A DNA stretch of 64,000 bases. Source: Marsupella aquatica (taxonomy: Eukaryota > Plantae > Marchantiophyta). The notes under the pieces are model-generated. The model did no database searches and was not told the DNA's origin. It saw nothing but the letters and a program-made list of their open reading frames with translations. Of this stretch, positions 1 to 10,254 are shown piece by piece. The DNA is taken from positions 17,638,563-17,702,562 of the forward strand of contig OZ316894.1 of NCBI GenBank assembly GCA_973895155.1, written 5' to 3'. Numbering within the stretch: position 1 is the stretch's first letter; every line of letters begins with the position of its first letter. Position numbers and translations under genes: made by a program.

Positions 1-13
1 ACCGGTAAGCAAC

Positions 14-1459
14 ATGGAAGAGTTGGATTTATGTCCAAGCACACCTAATGACACTGCGGGCGAAACAGTCGAGGAAGTTCTGAGTGCTTGCAAAGGTGCG
101 AACGGTGCGAAGGGTGCGAAGGGCTGGGTCAGGGATCAACCGAGGGAACAACTTACCAGCAGAAGAAATTCTAAAACAGTAGATTGCAGGTTTACATCGT
201 GGGGCTCACCGGTTCAGGCCACTACAGTGTCTTCAAACAATTCTGCAAATGTTGCCAGTTCCAAAGGTTTGGCATCCAACTTGGGAGGTATTGCTGATTT
301 AGCTGCTGACGAATTGACGACGAAAGGAGTAGTCGAGCCAAAACATGAGCCGGAAAAAGGATTCTCAAGAACTACCGAACTTAGTAATCGTCGTAGCCTT
401 CACAACGACTTTGTGACAGGATTTGTCAAGGTGAAGTACTTCAACGAAAACATATTCTCACCAGATCGGATGCCTGTAATTGACCGTCCGAACCAAGATC
501 CCAATGGAGATTCCTGGTTCAATTGGGGAAAGAGAGCACCGGCATCACATGATCCAGGTTTGTCTCCAAAAGAGGTCACGGCAGACAAAGCTCCCAGAGG
601 ACGTAAAGTGGAGGTGCGGCTGCAGTTTCGCGATAAACCAGAGCGCAGCGACCGAATCGGTGGCCAAGATGCTCTGCACATGCCTGTCATTGACGCTCCG
701 ACGCAAGATCTTAATGGCGGTTCTTGGTACGATTGGGGAAAGAAAGCGCTTCAAAGAGCTGTTACTGACATCCCACAGGACTTCGATCTAAATGGGGACT
801 CCTGGTATGGTTGGGGAAAGAGAGCGCCGCCATCTGGTCCTTTGTCTCCGACAGAAACGGGACAAACTGCTTCTGGACTGCATCCACCGGAGGTATGCCT
901 GCCAGAGTTTCAAAATAATCCGCGGGACAACTTGGCAGAATTCCAAACTCCAGACCCGTTGATCATCAAAGAAAGCCCACGAGATTCTGGCCTGCAACCT
1001 TTACGAACAGAAGAAGCGGAACCTACTCCCGAACGAAGCACGTCCCCGTGGAGAGAGCTTCATGTGCACTCCCAATCAGGTGAAGCGCCCAGTGAATCTC
1101 ATCAACGATTGCCTCCAATCTCATCACCCGTGCTATATTCTCCCATATCTCGTTTCGAAAGACCGAAGCCTACTCGTCATGAAGTAGTCAATCCCCCTCG
1201 TGAGTTAGTATTTGGCCAAATATACAGGTCTACCACGTCTCCACGATCCCCCAATCTCGTGGTGGCGCCCTGGAAAGGACCAGGAACCTCCGGATCCCCT
1301 GTACAAAACTTGAAGTTAGTGTTTGAAGAACGAAAGGTAATGCCTGTGGCATCCCCGCGACAAAGAACTCCTCGTTTCCTCTGTGAGGTGAGGAAAGAAA
1401 GCTATGACCAGAAGAAGCCAGCAGAGGCTGGAGCCGCGCGAAAGGTTGGAAAACATTGA
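14..1459 (+). CDS. Uncharacterised, probably disordered Ser/Pro-rich protein with three D-x-N-G-[DG]-S-W-[FY]-x-W-G-K-[RK]-A repeats; may be 5'-truncated by the window edge
   Basis: 481-aa open frame. The frame is also open upstream to the window edge (ccg gta agc aac ATG). Three related repeats are visible at DNA and protein level (~470-545, ~680-750, ~776-850). No recognisable domain. Confidence 0.6.
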   Translation: MEELDLCPSTPNDTAGETVEEVLSACKGANGAKGAKGWVRDQPREQLTSRRNSKTVDCRFTSWGSPVQATTVSSNNSANVASSKGLASNLGGIADLAADELTTKGVVEPKHEPEKGFSRTTELSNRRSLHNDFVTGFVKVKYFNENIFSPDRMPVIDRPNQDPNGDSWFNWGKRAPASHDPGLSPKEVTADKAPRGRKVEVRLQFRDKPERSDRIGGQDALHMPVIDAPTQDLNGGSWYDWGKKALQRAVTDIPQDFDLNGDSWYGWGKRAPPSGPLSPTETGQTASGLHPPEVCLPEFQNNPRDNLAEFQTPDPLIIKESPRDSGLQPLRTEEAEPTPERSTSPWRELHVHSQSGEAPSESHQRLPPISSPVLYSPISRFERPKPTRHEVVNPPRELVFGQIYRSTTSPRSPNLVVAPWKGPGTSGSPVQNLKLVFEERKVMPVASPRQRTPRFLCEVRKESYDQKKPAEAGAARKVGKH

Positions 1460-2635
1460 ATTGGCTCTTTGATTTTCGTACGTCACAGAGTCATCGAATT
1501 GTCCTTGCCCCTACCAGTTCAACCACAGTGTCGTCGGCCGTCATCCATTTCTCATCTCTTAAAGGACCATAGCCAGGAAAGGTAAGTTGTGTCTTGGTCA
1601 TCTTCTTGAATGGCATGCCGTGGTTGCATTCACGATGTTTCGTTTTCTCCGTCACCTTAAGTAGCACATTCGAATTCAGACTTCTGGTCTGTCAAACCGT
1701 AAAGTATCATATAAGCTGACTGTCGCAAATTGCTTGATCCCGATTCTAGTCTTGTAGGCCTCGAAGTAGAGCTGAGAGCCAAGAGCTCATGAATTTTTGG
1801 TTTCCGTGACTATTAGAATACTTTCGATGGCCAGACAGCCGTCAGTCGTTGGAAAGTGCTTGACGCCCAAGGGTAACAATGTCGCAGTGTGTATACTTGT
1901 CGAAACTGTCGGACCCCATACGCTGTCGCTAATGTTATTATATTTTGATCGGCAACACAGTAAGTGCACAAAATGTCAGACAGTGCCTATTCTAGCTCAT
2001 GTGTACACAATAATTTACTGGATTTAGAAACCAGATTTCATATCCTGATCACCCGCCTCTGGCGCAAGTCGCTCGAGTTATGCCAAACTTACCAAAATTC
2101 AACGCGTAGATTGGTTTAGAACTTAGAAACACGAGAGCGTTGACATGGTCAGGAGAGACCACTTATCATCCCGGCACTTGGGGATTAAAACCCGGAACAT
2201 TCAATAATTGTCCCAGCTGTTAAACCTGTGATACTTCTGGCCCCAGTGCATTCAAGGTTTAGGTGAGCATACCCAAAAGTTAAAAATATCCTGGTATGAC
2301 AAGCTCGATTGAAAATCCCCTTAATAAAAACTTTGCCACCGAGTGGGTAGCTAGTTGGCGGAAAGTTCGAATCCCTAGCCTGGTCAAACAAATCATTTCT
2401 CAATCAAAAAGCATCATTGCTCAATCGAGGAGGAAATGTGGTTAGGTGAGTTGAGCCCTGATGTTTTTATAATTGAGTGAGGTTCTTGTGCTGGAGAATG
2501 AGTTGATGCTTGACCACTTGGTAGTGGCTTTCAATGACTTGCTAGCAGAGGAGGGAAAGAAAGAAGCCAGGAAGGCCTCGATGGAGCGCACATTCCACTG
2601 TCCACAAGGAGGATGATAACAGAAAGCTGGCCACG

Positions 2636-4759
2636 TTGCCACCACGATTTGCCAAACCAGGAGAATTTCCAGCTGTGTTATACTCTTCGAATGGGGGACG
2701 AAACGACCCTACGCCGGCGGTCAGAGTGATCTCCAAGCACAAGGAGAGGAATTGCCCTAGTACGCAGCGTGTTCTAAGGTTCTTTGAATCACCCACGTCA
2801 TGCATGCCAAGCAGTCCAGCAGCAGCGAGAACTAAGAAATGCAAGCAGCAGCTGAGCTCGAAGCATGCCCGCAATGCGCTTTCAGACCCCCTAGCTTCGA
2901 AACTACGCCCCCAAACAAACATGAACACCCATGATGCGAAGCAGATTAGCTGCATCCAGGCACTCAAGGAGACAGTACTATCAGCTTCTGGATCACCACG
3001 AAGTCTCGCAGGGAGTGCCAAGAAGAATGTCAGCCCGAGGATCACAAGCAGCCATAAGCAGGTCCGCAGCGACGAGGAGATCTTGAAAGAGATCGAAATG
3101 CTAGAAGCAGTACTCCGGTCTCCTCGCTCAGGCACTGTCATTCCACATGAGGTTTCGGGGCGGGGTTCCCGTCGACCAAAACCAACCGTTACCGATGGAA
3201 GACAGGAAGTGAACCCCGAGGTGAGTTGCAGCGGGAGAGTCGCAAGCCCCAGACATCAGGTCTCAATGAATAAATTCAACAAAACCATTGCCAGCCAGAA
3301 GTCCGAGCGTGACATTGGTTTCTCTTGCTTTCAGTATTGGAAGAAGTTTATGAGCTTGAGGAGAGATGCCACCGCGGAGTCGGTGAAAGCAGTCTTCCTA
3401 CCTCAGCCAGCTGCTCGCATAGACCAACATACACGTCGCCGCCGCATTGCTGGCTCTTCACGGGCCTCACGTACCAGCTCACCCCGACATAAAAATTTGC
3501 AAGAAACTGTCTGTTGTGGTTCACTGCGGCCCTTGAGGGTGAGGATGGATGACAAGCTGCATGATGGTAGTCCGAACCACTCCTATCTTAATCATCATCC
3601 ACACCGACCACATTGTGCCGAAGACCCACCACGGCCCTTGACGGTGGAGATGGATGACGAGCTGCACGATGGCAGTCCCAAACACTCGTACCTTAGTCAT
3701 CAGCAACATCGACCACATTGTGCACAAGACGCAGCGTCGTTACAAGAAATCCCACACAGCATGGTCACTCTCAAATCTCCGGCACAATCACCCCTGTCAC
3801 AGGGACAAGTACAACGTAACAGTTCTTCTTCACCCCGCTGTCGAGGGCAGCTGCACCAGCAGTCAATTCAGGTAGAGGCTTCAATTGTCTCAGATTCCAC
3901 CAGAACGCCCTGTCTGCCTTGGAATGCGAGGTCCTGCCGTGATGAGCAATTTGTCAATATTCAGCCCGACCAACTGGAGAGTTCTCCAAACTCAATAAAG
4001 CATTCCCCTCTAAAGGCGTATGATCAACAACCAAGAGAACTTGTCACCGCCGTGAAAGCAACAGTCTCCAGCCCGCCCCCGGGCATGAGTCCAATTCGAG
4101 TGAGTCCATCACACACTCCCGCAGCCAAATCTCCTCGAGATGGCTCAGAAGAGCCATCCTCCCCACCAAAGTATAAATTAACATCTTCAGGCGTTCCCAG
4201 GAGAGTGCAGCGCCCTTGCTCTCCGGGCAGGCCTCGATGGACAGTCACAAGAGTTGACGGTCGATCGGCCTCTCCGACAGCGCTCGTAGCTCTCCGGGAC
4301 GGAAAGAGAGCCATCGCGGAATCGTCTGGCAACATAACGATATCACCATCAGATGTTGAAATGGAGACCATGATATTCGATACTGTAAACGAAGAAGCAC
4401 CGATATCGAAGAAGTCGGTAGCTAAACATCGAGCTCCCATTTGTTGCCTGCCTGGAAAAGAATACCTGGAGAAGCCAGCGCTCGATACTGTGAGCAAGGC
4501 AAATCCTTCGATTTCAAGTCCGAGGAAGCGAGCAATACAATTAGCTCAGAATCCGAATGTCACGAAGACTAAGTTGCTGGCGAAGAACTCCAGAGCTGAA
4601 ATTGGAACCAATGTTGTGTCGTCCTGTTCTGAAGATGGCTCGTATCTTTCTGAAATGGGGCCCATTGTGAGATCCGAGGCGAGGTTTGCATCTCCTGGGA
4701 AGAGCCGGCATACTTCTGATGATCAGCATAGGAAGTGGGTGAAGCGATGGCGCCCATGA
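2636..4759 (+). CDS. Uncharacterised low-complexity Ser/Pro/Arg-rich protein or large exon; start uncertain
   Basis: 707-codon open frame, too long for chance. It begins at TTG, so it is likely entered by splicing or a later ATG. Many SP[RK] motifs and an internal ~35-aa His-rich duplication. Confidence 0.6.
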   Translation: MPPRFAKPGEFPAVLYSSNGGRNDPTPAVRVISKHKERNCPSTQRVLRFFESPTSCMPSSPAAARTKKCKQQLSSKHARNALSDPLASKLRPQTNMNTHDAKQISCIQALKETVLSASGSPRSLAGSAKKNVSPRITSSHKQVRSDEEILKEIEMLEAVLRSPRSGTVIPHEVSGRGSRRPKPTVTDGRQEVNPEVSCSGRVASPRHQVSMNKFNKTIASQKSERDIGFSCFQYWKKFMSLRRDATAESVKAVFLPQPAARIDQHTRRRRIAGSSRASRTSSPRHKNLQETVCCGSLRPLRVRMDDKLHDGSPNHSYLNHHPHRPHCAEDPPRPLTVEMDDELHDGSPKHSYLSHQQHRPHCAQDAASLQEIPHSMVTLKSPAQSPLSQGQVQRNSSSSPRCRGQLHQQSIQVEASIVSDSTRTPCLPWNARSCRDEQFVNIQPDQLESSPNSIKHSPLKAYDQQPRELVTAVKATVSSPPPGMSPIRVSPSHTPAAKSPRDGSEEPSSPPKYKLTSSGVPRRVQRPCSPGRPRWTVTRVDGRSASPTALVALRDGKRAIAESSGNITISPSDVEMETMIFDTVNEEAPISKKSVAKHRAPICCLPGKEYLEKPALDTVSKANPSISSPRKRAIQLAQNPNVTKTKLLAKNSRAEIGTNVVSSCSEDGSYLSEMGPIVRSEARFASPGKSRHTSDDQHRKWVKRWRP
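3525..3730 (+). repeat. In-frame tandem duplication (~105 bp x2) encoding RPLxVxMDDxLHDGSPxHSYLxHxxHRPHCAxD
   Basis: cggcccttgagggtgaggatggatgacaagctgcatgatggtagtcc... versus cggcccttgacggtggagatggatgacgagctgcacgatggcagtcc... Confidence 0.9.
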
Positions 4760-6192
4760 TCATGATACGCCCGTCTGCTCATCAGGTAATTCATCACCTT
4801 GCACTTCAGTTATACGCAATTTGACAGGAATGGGAGTCTAATAATAATAATAAGGGTCTCAAAATCTCACACTCTGGGGCTCTGGGCCAATTGTTCTTGA
4901 CCAAGTTAGAGTTATTTATTAACTGGGTGAAATGAAACGTTCAAAGCCCGGAAAAAAATAGAGTGAGTGAAAAATACTCACTCGCCCATTGATTCTCATG
5001 GTTTGCTCACAAAATATCATTCTGGAGGAAGCCTTCCTTGCCATTGGATAATGCTGACATATTTTACTAACCATGAGATAGGCCTAAGGGGTCTTTGTGC
5101 ACCTTTCCCAAGGGTAATCCAATTTTTTCTCTGTAGCTCGCACACTCTTTGAAATTCATTTTCAAGACTGATAGCCAACTCCCCACAATGTTCACCCGCC
5201 TAACCATCTCACTTGTGCTCAATAACACTACACTCACTATCTCTGACATTGTGCAACGCATTAGTATTAGGCTAGGTGATTCATGAAGCTCTGGTTAAGG
5301 TACCAGGGCAGTGCTCAGAACTCAAAATTGTCTCATTAACTCAAAATTGTCTCATTCTTGAAGTAATCTCATTCTGCCTTGACCTAGAGCTAAGCACATC
5401 CCAAAGCTCGTCTGGCAGTTTTAGCCCCTACTCAAATCCTGACTACTAGTTCAAACTCACCCTTCAACTGTTTGTATATAAGAGTTCACTCACCCCAATT
5501 GGCCACATTACCTACAACTTTATTGTTTGGTTCTAACTACTTCCTTTGTTTCTAATGCATACTTCCAGTAAAAGACAAAAACAGAACAGAGACCTAACCC
5601 TAAGAGGAATGAGCCTAGAGGGGTCCTAGCTTTTTTCACAAGCTTAGGTGAATACTTCTAATTCTATTTTATTTTATTTTTCCCCAGAATGTGCACCTTA
5701 TGGCCATGGCTTACAGTCACTATTTACAGCTAGAAGTTCACGATGAGCAATTGGGACTCCATAATGCTTGGTTTCCATAACCATAAAATGGGAGTAGAGT
5801 ACTATGAGATCTGGAGCTCTGAAATGCCCTAATAGACTTGGCATCTCAGACTTTAGAGAGTCGTCGCTTTATTACCACGTTTGATCCCTGTCCCAAATTT
5901 TTATTTGTAAATCAGATGCTCTTATCTGCAACAAAACAGGACGAGCCAAGAGGGCATTTTGCCACAGTCCGAGGGCATTAGGAGTAAGGAGTGCCAAATT
6001 TTGCAATGGGTAATGGCACCATTAATTAAAGCAATCATGTGAGTTCAGATCTTACCATGTTAGAAGTCTCACAGACAGTTTTGTATGGACTCTTGTGAGG
6101 GGAGGGTTTTCCCTATCCTCTTTCGTTTGAAGTTATCTGGAGATGTCACTAAAAGACAACTACTTGGTATGCTAGCCAGGATACTCTGTTAG

Positions 6193-6938
6193 TAGCTATT
6201 GTGCATGATTAAATGTGCAAGGTAGAACAATTCTTTAGAATTCTATAGGAAGGTGATTAGATGACCTTCATAGCATTGTAGAGTTTCAATGTGATGCTTG
6301 TCAAAAATGACGGAGACCCCTTCTCCCTGCTTGTGCGGAGTGACTGTGGTGTGCGAGCTAGCTCAGTTTCCCATTTGTTTTAAAAGGTAGCTATCGTGCA
6401 TGATTGAATGTGCAAGGTAGAACAATTCGTTAGAGTTCTGTAGGAAGGTGACTAGATGACCTTCATAGTCTTGTAGAATTCATGTGATGCTTGTAAAAAA
6501 TGTGGAGTTTAATGAGAGGCTTGTAAAAAATGATGGATACCCCCTCTCCCTGGTTGTGCGCGGGGTGACTGTGTTGTTCAAGCTAGGTTCCCGGCTTGTT
6601 TTAGAAAGTAGTTATTGTGCACAAGTGAATGTTCAAGGTAGAACAATTCTTTAGATTTCTATAGGAAGGTGACTAGATGACCTTCACGGCCTTGCAGAGT
6701 TTGATGTGATGCTTGTAAAAAAGGACGGATATCCCGAACCCTGGTGTGTGCAGGGTGACTGGTGTTATATATCACACTGCCAACGAGACGCCAAACCAGG
6801 AGACATGGTCCCACATGCAAAAAAGGCACAATAATGGGTTCAAAAGGGAAAAGACCCCAGGAACACCAACAGGCCAAACATACCAAGGAATCCCCATAAC
6901 TGTGGTGTTCGAGCTCGGTTCCCCGGTCGTTTTAGAGA
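6193..6938. repeat. Tandem repeat, ~200-bp unit x3, third copy interrupted by a ~140-bp insertion (~6761-6899)
   Basis: Unit core gtgcaaggtagaacaattc..tagaattct.taggaaggtga.tagatgaccttca recurs at ~6215, ~6410 and ~6630. The unit tail ctgtggtgttcgagct resumes at ~6900 after unrelated sequence. Confidence 0.85.
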
Positions 6939-8357
6939 TTAAAAAAGTATTGCAAGATATTGCAGCTACTACATCACAGATTCCCACCACCATATTAAGT
7001 TTCCAAGTGTTGTCTCACTCACAAACTAGTTAGACCCCCGAGTTGGACAATAGATCTCAAGCATATATAGTTGTAAAAGTCCATATCATTTGAAGTTAGT
7101 TAGAACCCTCCATCCTGGGGATTTACCCAAAGCGAAAACGGGTGCCACGTACTTTCACGTTACAAATTGGTCCGTGCTTTCATATTCACTTTACACATCG
7201 CTTCGTGCTTTCATCTTCACTTAACACACTGCTTCGTGCTTTCATCGTCACCTTACACACTGCCTCGTGCTTTCGTTTGGGACATGGCCCTCATGAGAGG
7301 GCTTTACACATTGCCGACTACTGTAGGTGGTTAGCAGCAAGTCATCCTAATTCTATCCAATACATACTATCGTGACGACGCCTGATAAATTGCACCTAGA
7401 AATTTTGAATGATGCAGAATTCAACTGTTCTACAGTAGATATCTGCCCTTAAAGGTGTTATTTACACTACAACCGACACACAAGCAGCTTACCCGGTCAC
7501 CAGCCTTCCACGTACCCTGCTTAGGCGGAGAAGACGGAATGACTCCGTGGCCTTCTTGCCAAGAGTTGATGGGTGGAAGTAAAGTGTTATTTTGGGGCAT
7601 AAAAATATCGTTCCAGCACTGCAGTCGTGTCGGTTTTATCTTATGACACAATTCACTATCGCTGTATGAAGCGTTCTCCCCAACTTTTCACTTAAACGAA
7701 TGCTACAATCACAATTCCATCAAGCTAGGCAGAATCCACTGCACAGCCACCAATGTCTTCTGAAGTTTGCAAGTCTAGTGACCAAAAGAGCAAAGATATG
7801 CGCTTTTGAGTATGTCCTTCGTTCACAGCTGCAGAGGATTCCGAATGTGCGGAGACTTTCGTCAGACAGCTTGAATGAATTGGTTACAAGACGAAGACAA
7901 CTTCGATCCACAATAAGTGGACGATTACTCTCTAGTGCAAACTACACAGCCACTAAGCTCGTGACCCACCGAACAGGTTCACGACTCATCAATTGGACGT
8001 CACCACTAAAACCTATGATTACTCTATAATTGAAGAAGAGCCTACCATACTGAGTCTCTAATCGTCTAAGACAGCTACAGAAAGCGAACTCCACATCGAT
8101 TCACTCTCTTCCCCCGTCCCCCATCCGAAAGTTGCCACTGCTTGTCCGCTCGGGGGCTCACTTTCTCAGTTTACTGAAAGGTTCCAACAATCCTGTACCA
8201 GAAATTTTATAGTTCAGACGGAGCTGTTCCAAGCTCACGAATGACGGAAACTGAATGGCAGAGAGGTGGAACAAATTGAGGTCTCCAGATGAACTAGATC
8301 CACACGGAAAGTGCATCTCGGTGGGCCATTAGGACAAGTCTGTGACGACTAAAAATA

Positions 8358-9179
8358 CTAATGACCTATCGACAACGGGCGACGTCGATAAGCTAACCAA
8401 AGGGTGCAAACGAGTACGTTGAAAATCGTGAGGAAAGACGGAACAATTTGGGAACTTGCTCCTGCGAAAACCGCGCCATAATTACAACCGTAGTAGACGT
8501 AGCTCGTGATGTTGAGGATCGCCGCACCGCCGATTAGTCGATAAGTCAATATACCCGCCCAGCCGCGGGCCAGTCGAAATGTACCGGTTCCTCCGAGAAT
8601 CGCAAGTTCTCGATACACGTCGTTGATGTTATCATAGCCCCTGAACACGAGCGTGCTCCCGTCCTCGAAGCCACTCTGATTATTGAAGATAGCCGTCCAA
8701 ACGAACTCGAGGCTCGTGCTATCTGACGCTAAGTGGTTGAAAACATAGAATCCCCGACCCCTTCCGATCTCCGTGGAGTTAACATCCGGACCGACTGTCA
8801 CCTTGTCATCAAGAACTGCAATTGATCCGAAGAGATTTGTGTTCTGCAATCCGTTTGGCGACGAGATGGGATTCACCACAATGAAAGCACTTCCCGTTGG
8901 CTTAATATCCAAATCATCGTGTAAAAAAAAGTTGATCACTGCGCTCTGCTGGCTCCCTTCACTGCACGCTGGCGCAGCAATCGCAGCTGAAGTCGTCCAA
9001 GGCCAAAATACACAAGCTGCGACCGCCACGACCGTGCAAATGAAGAGCCCCATGGCTATCTGCTTAGAGAGGGTGACACCCTTACTACTTGAACGCACCT
9101 TGCTAAAAATCCCAACACTTTCGCCAGACAAGCGCCCCAGCACTTGTGCGGGTGACCTAGCAACCCCGTTAGCCGACAT
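8358..9179 (-). CDS. Dirigent-like (DIR) protein with N-terminal signal/TM segment and C-terminal hydrophobic tail; intronless
   Basis: Dirigent motifs INFFLHD, FGSIAVLDDKVT.GP, IGRGRGFY, GSTLVFRG, RELAILGGTGTFRLARGWA. Hydrophobic MGLFICTVVAVAACVFW (Met43 is an alternative start). Confidence 0.92.
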   Translation of the reverse strand: MSANGVARSPAQVLGRLSGESVGIFSKVRSSSKGVTLSKQIAMGLFICTVVAVAACVFWPWTTSAAIAAPACSEGSQQSAVINFFLHDDLDIKPTGSAFIVVNPISSPNGLQNTNLFGSIAVLDDKVTVGPDVNSTEIGRGRGFYVFNHLASDSTSLEFVWTAIFNNQSGFEDGSTLVFRGYDNINDVYRELAILGGTGTFRLARGWAGILTYRLIGGAAILNITSYVYYGCNYGAVFAGASSQIVPSFLTIFNVLVCTLWLAYRRRPLSIGH

Positions 9180-10157
9180 AATCTTTGAAAGTCAACAAGT
9201 TTGCGCGGGCGCCAATCCAAGCTCGCCAAAATTCCGTCCAGTCTAAAGAAAGAATGTGGATCCCGCCCGAGTCACAAGCACTTGAATGTCCAACGAAGCT
9301 CCACCTTCCGAGGAATCCCAGATGTGAATTGGACCCCCCTTCGCGGAGACCCTGACGAGCCGCCAGTGACAGTCCCCCAGTCAGGCAGTCACCCACGACG
9401 ACTGTAGCTTTTACCTGTACCGCATGTCACTTGAAGGGACTCTTACTACTCTCACTCATGCGCTTCACTCATCATCACAGTTCAGAGAAGCTGAGAAACA
9501 AGCACTGAAGACAAGTCAGGAGGTACTGCTTGGCTCCAAGCAGTTTATTCCAGGTACATCGTGATACAAGATCTGGAGCTCGGATCCGGATGAATAGAAT
9601 CTACTATCTAGCTACCCGAATTGAGTGTCTCGTAGACGATGTGAGGTCCACACAGAACAAACGGAGCCTCCTCCCGGTACCTACTCTGACGTAAATTTCT
9701 CGTCTCCTCGAATTGGGTGAGCTGAGATGCCGAGTGCTATTAATAAGTCATCTTTCGGCGCAAGTCAGACCCATCAAGGCTTCAAGCGTCCAGGAATTGT
9801 GCTGACCTGCTGACGAGGGAGGTTGGGCTCTGCCGAGTCTAGTTTGTTGTCCCAGCCTGCGTGGCGGCAAATGTCTCGTTTGCCGGAGATGATGGAGAAC
9901 ATCGTTGAGGAGTTGTCGTGAGGCCACGATATCCAATCCGCATCGTTCAGCTTCCAGCACCCATAGCTCGGGACACTTGTCTCACGCATCCTCTCAAACT
10001 CTACCCCACTTCACTGCTCTACAGGAACAGCACAATAATGCATTCGTTTGGGTTCTAGTCACACTTCATGAATGTAGGAGGGCGTTTCAAACTAATCCCT
10101 GGCCCAAAAGTACCATTATGGGTTTTAGGAACAAGTGTGCCCACAAGCTTACTCTTG

Positions 10158-10254
10158 ACACCAGGTTAAATCAACACCGCATTAAGGCTCCCCAGCCTTC
10201 TTGGGGCCCGTACCCTGCCTGTCACAAATCCCAAAGTTGCTGCCCGCAAACCCA
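10158..10254 (+). repeat. 97-bp direct repeat, copy 1 (copy 2 at 12161-12257)
   Basis: acaccaggttaaatcaacaccgcattaaggctccccagccttcttggggcccgtaccctgcc...gcaaaccca is present twice; I count 3 mismatches. Confidence 0.95.

Noticed and set aside
500-830. Animal neuropeptide (Wamide/kinin) precursor or contamination
   Set aside because: No signal peptide in view, no consistent N-terminal cleavage sites, and the contiguous sequence is clearly plant; kept only as a remark under the WG-repeat finding.
2542-4497. Minus-strand ORFs of 199 aa and 157 aa
   Set aside because: Antisense to the 707-aa frame, with no independent motif.
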